From: Candidatus Cloacimonadales bacterium | GTDB taxonomy: Bacteria > Cloacimonadota > Cloacimonadia > Cloacimonadales > JAFGVF01 | Assembly: GCA_963677495.2 (NCBI GenBank) | Contig: CAXXOU010000003.1 | Location: 96,001-160,000 of the forward strand | Direction: 5' to 3' | DNA: 64,000 bases | In this document: piece by piece, positions 45,175-54,703 of the stretch | How positions within the stretch are numbered: position 1 is the first letter of the stretch | Layout of the letters: each line of letters starts with the position of its first letter | The notes under the pieces: model-generated | Database searches by the model: none | Seen by the model: the letters and a program-made list of their open reading frames with translations, nothing else | Told to the model about the DNA's origin: nothing | Translations under genes and position numbers: made by a program

Positions 45175-47427
45175 CTAGAAAGTAGTACCGAACTGGAAGT
45201 GTGGTTCCCAACTGTCTTCAGCAAAGTTATATGCCCAGTCAAATCCAATTAAACCAAATGGACTGCGAACACGAATACCTATACCGCCACCTTTCTTAAA
45301 CTCTAAGAAATTGTAATCCTTTAATGAGTTATAGCTGTCACCTGCATCAAAGAAGAGCAGGCCTATCAACTGGTCTCCACCAATTGGATATCCAATCTCA
45401 GTTGAGAAGATAATCTCTCTCGTTCCACCACCACTAGGTGCAACAGACCTGTCTCCATAACCTCTGATTCCATCGGGACCTGTACCACCAAGATAGAACT
45501 TCTCGTCCGGTGGGACATCATCTGAGCGACCATATTCTGTTACATATCCCATACGCCACTTAGTTCTGAGAACGAAGTCATAGAACATCTCTGCATACCA
45601 ATTGACTTGAGCTATCTGTTTATAGAAATCTGAGTCTCCCATGAATGGTCCACCGGCAAACTCACTGTAAAGAGTTAACTGTGTACCTTTTCGTGGGAAG
45701 AATATATTGTCTCTCGTATCCCTTGAGAAAGTAAGAGATACTGAGCTTGTGTAATTCCAATCTTTTTCGTCTAGTTCAATGAGAGCCTCATTCTGGTCAG
45801 CTTCTTCAAATACAGCTTCTTCGTCAGTAATTGAGTAACGTTTTGCATAGAAGGAATATCGGCCAACAACTTTACTTCTGTTCAAGAAGTAGATTGGGCG
45901 ACCTAAACGAATAGATCCACCACGAGTAAACACATCATAGTAATCATCCGGATATTCTTTTTCTACAAGATAGATGTTGTAACCAAAGAGTGTGTTTGTA
46001 TCAAATATATGTGGATTTGTGAAATCCCAATTGAAGTTTTGTGAACTACCACCAAACTCCCAACTAAAGGATGTACTCCAATGGTTACCGAAAAGATTAT
46101 TATGAGAAAGTGATAATTGTCCCACAAAACTATCTTGGCTATTATAACCAATACCACCGTTTATTGTACCTGAAGTTGAGTCTTTGACTTTAATTACAAG
46201 GTCAATATCACCATCTTTGTTTATAGGTCGATAATCCGGTCTGATATCCGGTTCAAAGAAACCCATGTTATAAATATTCTGTTGTGATCTAATCACTTTA
46301 GATTGTTTAAAGTAGTCTCCCGGAGCAATACTTAGTTGTCTTCGTATAACTTTCTCTTTGGTTCTAGTGTTACCAACAATTGAGATCTTTCTAACTTTAG
46401 CTCTATTGTTTTCAGTAATATCAAGCTTAATATCAACCATGTTATCATATTTCTCCAAAACATGGTCAAACTGTGAATATATATAACCCTCTTCATAATA
46501 CATAGAAGAAACAGAGTATAGTTCTTTATCAAACTTCTCCATATTGAAAGGTTCATCTTTCTTGAGAGTAAACTTTTCAAGAATTGTTTCTTCAGTGAAT
46601 CTATCGTTACCGGTTACAGTAATTTTGCCGAAATTGTATTTAATCCCTTCATTAACTCTGATAGTTATGGCAAGGAATCTATCATCTATCTTTTCAATCT
46701 TATCAGATACAATTCTAGCATCAATGAAACCAAGTTTATTATAATAAGCAATAATTGCTTTTAAATCTGTTTGATACTTCTCTTCTTCATACTTACCGGT
46801 ACGGAAGAGACTAGCCCTTTTGGTTTTCATCTTCTTGAGAATCTTCTTCTCTTCTACCTGGTCATTTCCAACAATGTTAATCTTCTTAATCTTAACTTTA
46901 CGACCATCATGGAACACAATCGTAAGATTAACTTTATTATCATCTTTCTCTTTTACTACATAATCGACCTGTGCATTATGATAACCTTTCTCTTCCAGCT
47001 TTGAGAGTAGCTTTTCAGTGTTGGACATTCGAAGATGTGGTGACCAGTAACTTCCTTTACGGATATTAATTGTTTCTTCAACTTCTTTAGTAGATAAAGC
47101 TTTGTTCCCTTTAAAAACCAGTTTTTTAACTATTGGATATTCCTTTACGCGGATGACAATTTCAACACCTGATTGCTTAGGTTCTGACTCAATGCGTATA
47201 TCTTCAAACACTTTAAGATTATAGAGATTCTTAATGGTTTTTTGAACATCGTCACCTGAATAATTCGTACCTACTTTTATGCTAGATGCACTTATAATTA
47301 GTGATTCATCCACATTCTGATTTCCAATGACAGTAACATCATAAACTAATTCTCCAACTGCCATTAGCAGGGAGCAGAAAGCTGTTATAACTATCAGGAT
47401 AAGCATTTTTTTCATCCTGAGATTCAT
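45175..47427 (-). CDS. bamA: Outer membrane protein assembly factor BamA
   Basis: POTRA repeats (GN.RT..KVIRR), FYLGG..IRGY, SPFG.I.FD, terminal FQFGTTF. Confidence 0.95.
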   Translation of the reverse strand: MNLRMKKMLILIVITAFCSLLMAVGELVYDVTVIGNQNVDESLIISASSIKVGTNYSGDDVQKTIKNLYNLKVFEDIRIESEPKQSGVEIVIRVKEYPIVKKLVFKGNKALSTKEVEETINIRKGSYWSPHLRMSNTEKLLSKLEEKGYHNAQVDYVVKEKDDNKVNLTIVFHDGRKVKIKKINIVGNDQVEEKKILKKMKTKRASLFRTGKYEEEKYQTDLKAIIAYYNKLGFIDARIVSDKIEKIDDRFLAITIRVNEGIKYNFGKITVTGNDRFTEETILEKFTLKKDEPFNMEKFDKELYSVSSMYYEEGYIYSQFDHVLEKYDNMVDIKLDITENNRAKVRKISIVGNTRTKEKVIRRQLSIAPGDYFKQSKVIRSQQNIYNMGFFEPDIRPDYRPINKDGDIDLVIKVKDSTSGTINGGIGYNSQDSFVGQLSLSHNNLFGNHWSTSFSWEFGGSSQNFNWDFTNPHIFDTNTLFGYNIYLVEKEYPDDYYDVFTRGGSIRLGRPIYFLNRSKVVGRYSFYAKRYSITDEEAVFEEADQNEALIELDEKDWNYTSSVSLTFSRDTRDNIFFPRKGTQLTLYSEFAGGPFMGDSDFYKQIAQVNWYAEMFYDFVLRTKWRMGYVTEYGRSDDVPPDEKFYLGGTGPDGIRGYGDRSVAPSGGGTREIIFSTEIGYPIGGDQLIGLLFFDAGDSYNSLKDYNFLEFKKGGGIGIRVRSPFGLIGFDWAYNFAEDSWEPHFQFGTTF

Positions 47428-47579
47428 ATATCCTCCAAAGGTTGGTTTCTAAAACTTTGATTTAGACTACTTGCTATAATATTCATTTTTCGTAAAGGAT
47501 TTTTTCGCCATTGTATTTTTGTACCACTACTGTATTGTGCACAACTCATCAATTCAGTCATTTACTTACTCTAAACAAC

Positions 47580-47610
47580 AAAACGGGACCGTTGCAAAGT
47601 CCCGTTTTTT
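47580..47610. terminator. Terminator after the PDZ gene
   Basis: aaaacgggac..gtcccgtttttt. Confidence 0.65.
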
Positions 47611-47635
47611 GTTCACACACTACTACAAAGGGAGG

Positions 47636-48832
47636 TTATACCTGTTCTTTGTTAATTTGCTTTTTAAAGAATAAATCTATCTCTTCCTCTTCAGGAATAC
47701 TTTCTTTGAATTCTTCTAGCCATTCATCGACATCAAGGTCTTTGAAGAACTCTTTAATCTTAGGAATTGTTCCTTCGTTGAATAGCTCTGTCTCTTTACC
47801 ATCAATGATAAATCTTACTCCATTCTCATCGACTGTTAAATCAAATGAGTTCCCAGATTTCTTTGCTCCTAGCTTCATCTCTACTGTTTTCTTTTTCTTT
47901 CCGGAAATCACAGTTACTTCAATAACTTCGTTTTCTTTTTTTTCGTTGAGAATTCCATCAATCATCTCAATTGACTTAACTTTCTTTTTATTGATTTGAA
48001 CAATCTTATCACCTTTCTTTAGATTTGCTCTATCAGCTTGTGATTTTTCTTCAACAGCTGCTACAACAATGTCTCCATCAATCTCTTCTACTTTTAAACC
48101 TAATCTATCGAAACTATCACTGAATTTAAGGACAGTCACTTTATCAGGCATCACAGAGAAATCATAATTTAAGAAGTTACCACCGAACTCTTCAGTGACT
48201 ATTGGCTTAGAACCAAGTTTCATTGAAACACTATGTTCTTTACCATCTCGTATATACTTAATTGAAACCTCTGTATCAGGTTTATAAGTTCCCAAAACTT
48301 TACTCAATTGATCAGGAGTGTATAGCTTATCTTTGTTGATTGAAAGAAGTACATCTTCCTTCTTAAGTCCCGCTTCTTCAGCACTGGAGCCTTCAACAAT
48401 TCGGCTAATATACAATCCATAATTCTTATCTATCTTCTTTTGACGTTCTTCAGTGATTCCATGCACTACCACTCCAAGAAAGGTTTTCATTGGTACCTTT
48501 TTCTCTTCTAATGTGCATTTAATGGTTATCTCTTTCTTAGCTCGAACAACTTCAAGCTTAAGTTTGTTTCCAATCTCTTTAGATTTAATCATCTTCTTCA
48601 ACTGATCGGTAGTATAGACCTTCTCTCCATCTAATTTCTGTAAAAGATCTCCACTTTTTAATCCCGACTTCTCAGCTGGTGAATCTTTATCTACTGAGAA
48701 AACTTCTACTCCAAACTCAACATTCTCTTTTGGCTCCATAATAGTTATTCCCAACCAAGGTGAAGCACTCAAAACTGATATAGAGATGAGTAATACTAGT
48801 GTAAATATAAGATTCTTTAACAACGGCAGCAT
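47636..48832 (-). CDS. Exported protein with three PDZ domains and no protease domain
   Basis: Signal peptide; WLGI/FLGV/RLGL followed by SPAEKSGL.GD-type motifs three times. Confidence 0.8.
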   Translation of the reverse strand: MLPLLKNLIFTLVLLISISVLSASPWLGITIMEPKENVEFGVEVFSVDKDSPAEKSGLKSGDLLQKLDGEKVYTTDQLKKMIKSKEIGNKLKLEVVRAKKEITIKCTLEEKKVPMKTFLGVVVHGITEERQKKIDKNYGLYISRIVEGSSAEEAGLKKEDVLLSINKDKLYTPDQLSKVLGTYKPDTEVSIKYIRDGKEHSVSMKLGSKPIVTEEFGGNFLNYDFSVMPDKVTVLKFSDSFDRLGLKVEEIDGDIVVAAVEEKSQADRANLKKGDKIVQINKKKVKSIEMIDGILNEKKENEVIEVTVISGKKKKTVEMKLGAKKSGNSFDLTVDENGVRFIIDGKETELFNEGTIPKIKEFFKDLDVDEWLEEFKESIPEEEEIDLFFKKQINKEQV

Positions 48833-48842
48833 GATTTCCTCC

Positions 48843-49316
48843 TTACATGCCTGACTGATTTACGAGTTTGGTTTTAACCTGTTTCCCTCGTTCATCAAAC
48901 TCTGAAACAATCATGACTGCACCATTTCTTGGAGATTTATATCGTCTGATAACGTATGATTTATCTTCAACATATTGTTTCGGGTCTATCTGATTAGAGA
49001 TTTCCGGATTATTGATGGAAGTATATGATGAGTTAGCAAGATGTGAAGGTAAGTCTAACCTTTCTACATCAGGACCTTCATTTTTATTGAAAGCCATATT
49101 ATTCACCTTATAAGCCCAACCCGGATTCACAACCGAAACTACTCCAAACATTGCTAAAACAACAACAAGTGCAGTACCCAATCTCAGTAGCATTCTTCCG
49201 GCAGAACGATGCGGGATGAACTTGGCTATTAACAGCCGTCTAAGCTCGTGCTGGAATGGATCGTCCTTGAGTAAAGGCACCTCCATCTCTTCCAGTCTTT
49301 TTTTCAATTCATCCAT
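48843..49316 (-). CDS. Single-TM protein, putative anti-sigma factor
   Basis: Overlaps the ECF sigma stop; N-terminal cytoplasmic part plus one TM helix. Confidence 0.6.
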   Translation of the reverse strand: MDELKKRLEEMEVPLLKDDPFQHELRRLLIAKFIPHRSAGRMLLRLGTALVVVLAMFGVVSVVNPGWAYKVNNMAFNKNEGPDVERLDLPSHLANSSYTSINNPEISNQIDPKQYVEDKSYVIRRYKSPRNGAVMIVSEFDERGKQVKTKLVNQSGM

Positions 49317-49863
49317 TTTCTATCTCCTCTATGCGGTCTCTTAACTTTTTCATAATACGGTGCATCCGTACCTTCAATGCTCCTTCTTTGACATTTAGAA
49401 TCTCCGCTATCTCTTGAAACTTCTTCTTCTCGAAATAACGCAACGACAGTAAGTCCTGCTCCGTCGGTTTCAGCGATTTCATCGCTTCCCGTACTAACTT
49501 GTACTCAGGCTTTTCAATATCCTCTGCATCTTTAGGCAGTTCGTTATGAACAATCTTTTTTTCTATCTTCATTATCCTCTGATTCTGTCTGTAATGCTGC
49601 CTGATCTCGTTAATAGCTATCCGGTAAAGCCAGGCTGAAAATGAACACTTATGAAACCATTGAAACCCACCTAATTTAGTCATAGCTTTGTAGAACACAT
49701 TCGATACTATTTCATATCGTGTGCTCTCATCCGCTACTCTATGAAACACATAGTTGTTTATAAGCGGGAAATAATGCTCATATAACTTGTCAAACGCATT
49801 TACATCGCGCTTGGCCAGTCTAATTAACTCTTTTTCATTTTCTATCACACTCACCTCGTTCAC
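49309..49863 (-). CDS. ECF-type RNA polymerase sigma factor
   Basis: AFDKLYE.Y, FSAWLYRIAIN, EIAEIL....GA.KVR.HR. Confidence 0.92.
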   Translation of the reverse strand: MNEVSVIENEKELIRLAKRDVNAFDKLYEHYFPLINNYVFHRVADESTRYEIVSNVFYKAMTKLGGFQWFHKCSFSAWLYRIAINEIRQHYRQNQRIMKIEKKIVHNELPKDAEDIEKPEYKLVREAMKSLKPTEQDLLSLRYFEKKKFQEIAEILNVKEGALKVRMHRIMKKLRDRIEEIENG

Positions 49864-49915
49864 ATTCTAAAATGCAGTCAGTATGTTTAGTTACAAGAAT
49901 TGTAAAATTTAATTG

Positions 49916-50575
49916 TTACTCTACAGCTCCACCAATCTGAGGTGGTTCATAACTATCGTCTGCTGGCTCTGAAGGCTTAGGTCTATTGGGTTGCTTTTCA
50001 GGCACTTTCAATTCAAGATAGAATCCCGTTAAAGCCAAGTAGAAGTAGGGACCTACATATAGGACAAAGAGAATACCTGCAGTCATACCGGAAAGAATAA
50101 ACCATCCTAGATAGCTCATAATGAAATAAAATAACTCTTCTTTTCTACCTTCCATCATTGCCCGACTTCTTCGCATCACTTCCCTAAAGTCCAGATTAGG
50201 GTTTTCTGCAAGAATAAACCAGACCATACTATATCGCAAAGCAATGACAATACCAGGCACTACAAGTAATGCAAATCCTAGTACTGTTAATGCACCCACA
50301 CAAAAGTTAAGTATTAGAATATTGAAGAAATGTTTTGAATAGCCGGAGAACAGTTTTTCGATTGATGTTGATTGCTTCTTTTGGAGTTGAAGTAGTATTG
50401 TTGCCAAACCAAAAGGAATGGGTGATAATGCAATAAATGTTAATAACCCTGATTCCTCATTGATTGATGTTACAATTGATGGAATTAGCACTGCTAAAAG
50501 CACGCAAGGCATAATCAGGCCATAGTTCCTGTTCAATATTTCCTTTGATCGATTTTTGATTTCGTGTGTTTGCAT
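49916..50575 (-). CDS. DUF975-family membrane protein
   Basis: LLVVPGI..ALRYSM..FIL.ENP, RS..MM.GRK.ELF. Confidence 0.8.
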   Translation of the reverse strand: MQTHEIKNRSKEILNRNYGLIMPCVLLAVLIPSIVTSINEESGLLTFIALSPIPFGLATILLQLQKKQSTSIEKLFSGYSKHFFNILILNFCVGALTVLGFALLVVPGIVIALRYSMVWFILAENPNLDFREVMRRSRAMMEGRKEELFYFIMSYLGWFILSGMTAGILFVLYVGPYFYLALTGFYLELKVPEKQPNRPKPSEPADDSYEPPQIGGAVE

Positions 50576-50793
50576 CTCTTCCTCCTGTTCACTGAAAACT
50601 TACAATAAGATTACGTTCAAGTCAACAGTTTTATAACGCGTTCATCTTTATTATTAAAAAATAGTTTGAGGATTATTACAAACTTCGGTCTTGCTCAGTG
50701 ACAATAGCAATTAGCAAAAACGTAATAAGCACCCATACTAGAATTAGCGAATCCATTTCATCAGAGTAATCTGAGAAATCAGTGGAAATAAGA

Positions 50794-50817
50794 GAAGGCT
50801 CCCTTTCAGGAGCCTTT
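50794..50817 (-). terminator. Terminator after the FGE-domain lipoprotein gene
   Basis: aaggctcc-cttt c-aggagcctt hairpin. Confidence 0.55.
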
Positions 50818-50838
50818 CAAGTAATTATTTATCTAAAA

Positions 50839-53802
50839 CTACTGAATACATCTGAAACCGATTATACTACCGGAGTACTCAGGGTCATAGTTTTTAGTTC
50901 CATCAAAGTCACGAACCCAGCACTTCAAGTATTCGATAGTTGAGTTCCAGCTACCACCACGAAGGATTTTATAACCGTCAACTGTATCACTATCAGAGCT
51001 TGTCCATTCCCAAACGTTACCAGCCATATCATAGAGTTCATGATAAGCAGGGAAATACGCTACAGGAGTTGTGCCATTATCGAATTCGTCACCACTGTTT
51101 CTGTAATTTGCAACCATATTATCAGCAGGTGCATCGTTGCCCCATGGATAATCTTCAGTGTTTCCACCACGAGCTGCAACTTCCCACTGCCATTCAGTTG
51201 GAAGGCTGTAATCATTAAAATCAGCAAAAGCATGAGCACCATTCCAAGTAACATTAGTCACAGGATGATTTTCATAACCTTCTTCGATTACAAAGTATTC
51301 ACCATTAACGGAAAGCTGAATTTTTGCAAAGTCATTTGCTAAATCATAATACACCTTACCATCACTACCTTTGATTGAATTACCTTGAATCATAGCATTG
51401 CCAGCTTCAATTGCATCAACGATAAAGATTTTGTAAGCAAGGTTAGTTACTTCTGTATTCATGATATTGAAAGCTTCAACATCTTCTTGGTCATAGTAGT
51501 TATCGTCATTTGGTGTACCTACATCGTAAGTTCCACCACTAACACTAACCCAAGAATATAAGTCAGCAGGTCTTGTTGTAAATGTCCAAACATCACTATC
51601 AGATGATTGATCACTATTAATAGCTGCAACTTTCCAGAAATACTGAGTATCCGGAGTTAAAGCAGTTACATCATAATTAGGGTTTGATAAACCTTGAACA
51701 ATTGGTGAAACTGTATCGAGAGCCTCTTCAGTCTCAGCAATGTATAAATCGAAAGTCATACCAGCTTCACTGTAACCTTCAAGTTCCCAATCAAATGTAT
51801 AATCAACACTGATACCAACTTCACCATTACCCGGCATTGGCTCACCGAAAGGATTGATTGAGTAGAAACGCCAGAGTTCACTCTCTTTTTCAAAGATTCC
51901 ATCAGTTGCAACAACTTTCCAACGATACTCTTTATTGAAATCAAGTGTTACATTATGCATGTAGGTAGTCTCTGTTAAATCAGTAGCAACCTCAACTAAG
52001 CTAAACTCATCAGGGCCAAACCAGATGTTGTATGTTAATGCTTCACCATCAACATGGGAGCAGGTCCAGCTTAATTCAGGATTAACAACAAGTACACCTT
52101 CACTATTATGTGCAGGAGTAGGATTGCTGAAATCATTAATTGGGTTTGCTTTTGTATCAAAAGACCATACGTCAGAGTTAATTACGAAATAATCGTCATC
52201 ACCAGGTGTACCATGCTTCGCAACAACACGCCAGTAATAAGTAGTTTCGATTTGAAGAGTATCAGGATCCGCAACAGCTGAAGATGGGTATACAAACTCA
52301 GTTGCTTCAATTCCCTCTTCTTTTGGTTGTAAAGCATCGAGAGCATCATTAGTTGAGATATAGAAATCAAAAGTTACATCAGCACCGATATCCATCATAT
52401 CCCAATCAAAGTTTACATCAAGAATTGCAACATCTTCCTCTTCATGAGCTGGAGATACTACTTCCATTGGATTAATAGTATTGAAAGTCCAAAGTGGTCC
52501 TTCAAGACTATCTGCATCAGTCTTAGCATAAACACGCCAGTAGTATTTCTTAGCATAAGTAAGTTCTTGAGGAATTGTGTATTCATTTGTATCAATATTA
52601 TCTACATTTACAATATGGTAATCAGTAAGTTCAAAATTAGTCTGAGTACTAATGATAACCTGATATGTTAAGGCTTCACCAGTCTCGTGTGTAGCTGTCC
52701 AGCCTAATTGTAAATTAGTAATAGCATTTCCATCAGAATCGTTATCAGGAATTGGATTAACTGGTTCATTGATGATGTGTCTTGTTTCAAACATCCATAA
52801 TGAACTCATCATTCCGTCATCACCATTATAATATTGGTCATTAGCTTTAACACTCCAGAAGTACTCTTTATGATACTCGAGAGTTCCATCATAAGTGAAA
52901 TTAGGAGTAGTTAAACCTGTTGCAAGCTCCTGTAGATTTTCATTATCTGAACCGAACCAGAAGTCGTATGTGATAGGAGAGTTGTCTGCATAGTTCGCGC
53001 ATTCCCATTCAAAATCAATATTAGTGATTCCAACTTCATCCTCTTCATTTGAAGGATATGGTTCAGTAGGTAATTCTAAAGGTAGGATTGTTGAGAAGCT
53101 CCAGACTGGTCCGGTAACTTCATAGTTTCCATCTTTAGCTGTTACTTGCCAGAAGTATTCAGTTTCAAAACTAAGGTTTTCATCAACAAGCTGATATTCT
53201 GCAGCATCAAGATTAAGAACTTCTTGAGCTTCCATTAAGTCAGGGTTTGTTCCATAACGTAAATCAAAAACAAGTTCATCTCTAGCAACGTCTGCATCAG
53301 TAGATTCCCAAGTCAAAGTTGGGGCTGCTATCTGTACATCATCAGCTTCAACAGCCGGTGTAGGATTAGCAGGCTCAGTTGGAGGTACATTATCAAATGT
53401 TAACTGAACATATACCGGAGTAGATGTTGTTTCATTTCCTGTTACATCAATAGCCTTAGCTGTTAATGTATATGTACCTTGATCTGCTACTGTAGCTGCA
53501 TCATTTTCTGCTCTCCATGAGAAAGTCCATGGAAGTTCTGTTAAAGTGTTAAACAATGTGCCATTAACATATAAACTTACTTCAGCGATCTCCCCCGCAT
53601 CTGCAACGAATACGTCCACATCAACTTCTTCTGCAACTGTTTTAATTGCATTGTTCTCAGGTGCAAAGATGTTAACAATTGGATTGTCTCCATCCGGTTC
53701 TTCAATAATTGTTGAGTCCTTCTTGTCTTCATCATCGCTACATGCAAAGATAAAGAGGGCTGCCACGATTAATAGTAACAAATACCATTTACGGTTTTTC
53801 AT
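50839..53802 (-). CDS. Acidic surface lipoprotein: Ig-like domain, about six Fn3-like repeats, C-terminal FGE-sulfatase (CLec-fold) domain
   Basis: Lipobox IFAC; repeats Y.W.V.A....W.F.T; LPTEWQWEVAARGG, DMAGNVWEW, RGGSW, IGFRC. Confidence 0.85.
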   Translation of the reverse strand: MKNRKWYLLLLIVAALFIFACSDDEDKKDSTIIEEPDGDNPIVNIFAPENNAIKTVAEEVDVDVFVADAGEIAEVSLYVNGTLFNTLTELPWTFSWRAENDAATVADQGTYTLTAKAIDVTGNETTSTPVYVQLTFDNVPPTEPANPTPAVEADDVQIAAPTLTWESTDADVARDELVFDLRYGTNPDLMEAQEVLNLDAAEYQLVDENLSFETEYFWQVTAKDGNYEVTGPVWSFSTILPLELPTEPYPSNEEDEVGITNIDFEWECANYADNSPITYDFWFGSDNENLQELATGLTTPNFTYDGTLEYHKEYFWSVKANDQYYNGDDGMMSSLWMFETRHIINEPVNPIPDNDSDGNAITNLQLGWTATHETGEALTYQVIISTQTNFELTDYHIVNVDNIDTNEYTIPQELTYAKKYYWRVYAKTDADSLEGPLWTFNTINPMEVVSPAHEEEDVAILDVNFDWDMMDIGADVTFDFYISTNDALDALQPKEEGIEATEFVYPSSAVADPDTLQIETTYYWRVVAKHGTPGDDDYFVINSDVWSFDTKANPINDFSNPTPAHNSEGVLVVNPELSWTCSHVDGEALTYNIWFGPDEFSLVEVATDLTETTYMHNVTLDFNKEYRWKVVATDGIFEKESELWRFYSINPFGEPMPGNGEVGISVDYTFDWELEGYSEAGMTFDLYIAETEEALDTVSPIVQGLSNPNYDVTALTPDTQYFWKVAAINSDQSSDSDVWTFTTRPADLYSWVSVSGGTYDVGTPNDDNYYDQEDVEAFNIMNTEVTNLAYKIFIVDAIEAGNAMIQGNSIKGSDGKVYYDLANDFAKIQLSVNGEYFVIEEGYENHPVTNVTWNGAHAFADFNDYSLPTEWQWEVAARGGNTEDYPWGNDAPADNMVANYRNSGDEFDNGTTPVAYFPAYHELYDMAGNVWEWTSSDSDTVDGYKILRGGSWNSTIEYLKCWVRDFDGTKNYDPEYSGSIIGFRCIQ

Positions 53803-54099
53803 CAAAATAGCCTCCACTTGACACTATCTATTTTCTTTATTCTATAATTTTTTCCAGTTCATACCAAAATTACGTAGAGACAACTTAAAGTCAATTATTT
53901 TCTAATGCAACGTTTTTCTCTACTCCCAATCTCACCTTGGGAATGGTTGAGTTTTAGTAAACTTGCAAAAGATGAATCTCTCGGAAAGAAAGAGTTCATA
54001 GTTATTAAGCACCCTCTAAAAAATAGAAATACGAAAGCAACTTTTGCAAGGTCACAGAACCAATTCGAATGTATAATTCTGTACTCTCAGATTAGCCGT

Positions 54100-54224
54100 T
54101 CCATCAAAACGCAGTCATCCCACTGTTTTCCCACTGTGCACGCACTGTGCACCCAGTGAAACAGTGGGTTGGCAGTGCCTTCACAGTGCGTGCACAGTGC
54201 AAACGCAGTGCGTTGGTGGATGGA
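54100..54224. repeat. Long imperfect palindrome with nine CASTG motifs in 11-bp phase
   Basis: Perfect 18-bp inverted repeat 54132-54149 / 54182-54199; motif spacings 11,11,11,8,11,11,11,11. Confidence 0.85.
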
Positions 54225-54260
54225 GTAGTTAAAGAGTGCAAAAAGGGCATTAAATAATGC

Positions 54261-54671
54261 TAAGTTATTATAAATTGCACTGTGTATGTATTCTAAAGCT
54301 GTCGCAATAGTGAACAAAGGGAGATGGGAATAGCGAAAAGTGGCAATAATCCAATTCGTGACAAGACGCACCAACGTAGATGGTGCACTCCATAATTGTA
54401 AGTTATTGCAAATTGCACTGTATATGTTAATCCAAAGCTGTCGCAATTGCGACCAAAGGGAGATGGGAATAGCGGAAAGTGGCAATAATCCAATTCGTGA
54501 CAAGACGCACCAACGTAGATGGTGCACTCCATAATTGTAAGTTATTATAAATTGCACTGTGTATGTGTTCTAAAGCTGTCGCAATAGTGAACAAAAGGAG
54601 ATGGGAATAGCGAAAAGTGGCAATAATCCAATTCGTGACAAGACGCACCAACGTAGATGGTGCATCCATAA
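54261..54671. repeat. Three tandem copies of a 138/139-bp unit
   Basis: Units start at 54261, 54399 and 54538; each has a gcacca-N7-tggtgc hairpin. Confidence 0.95.
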
Positions 54672-54703
54672 TCGCTTTGCTTCGTAATCCGCAGCTTATA
54701 TTG

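Noticed and set aside
50839..50970. Complete diversity-generating retroelement
   Set aside because: No reverse transcriptase and no template repeat seen in the window; the Avd-related gene is 13 kb away and broken.
54087..54669. ORFs 54087..54557, 54293..54532, 54340..54534 and 54427..54669 as real proteins
   Set aside because: They are by-products of the tandem repeat; the 139-bp copy shifts frame between units.
54261..54671. CRISPR array
   Set aside because: Units are 138 bp and nearly identical throughout, with no unique spacers and no cas genes.
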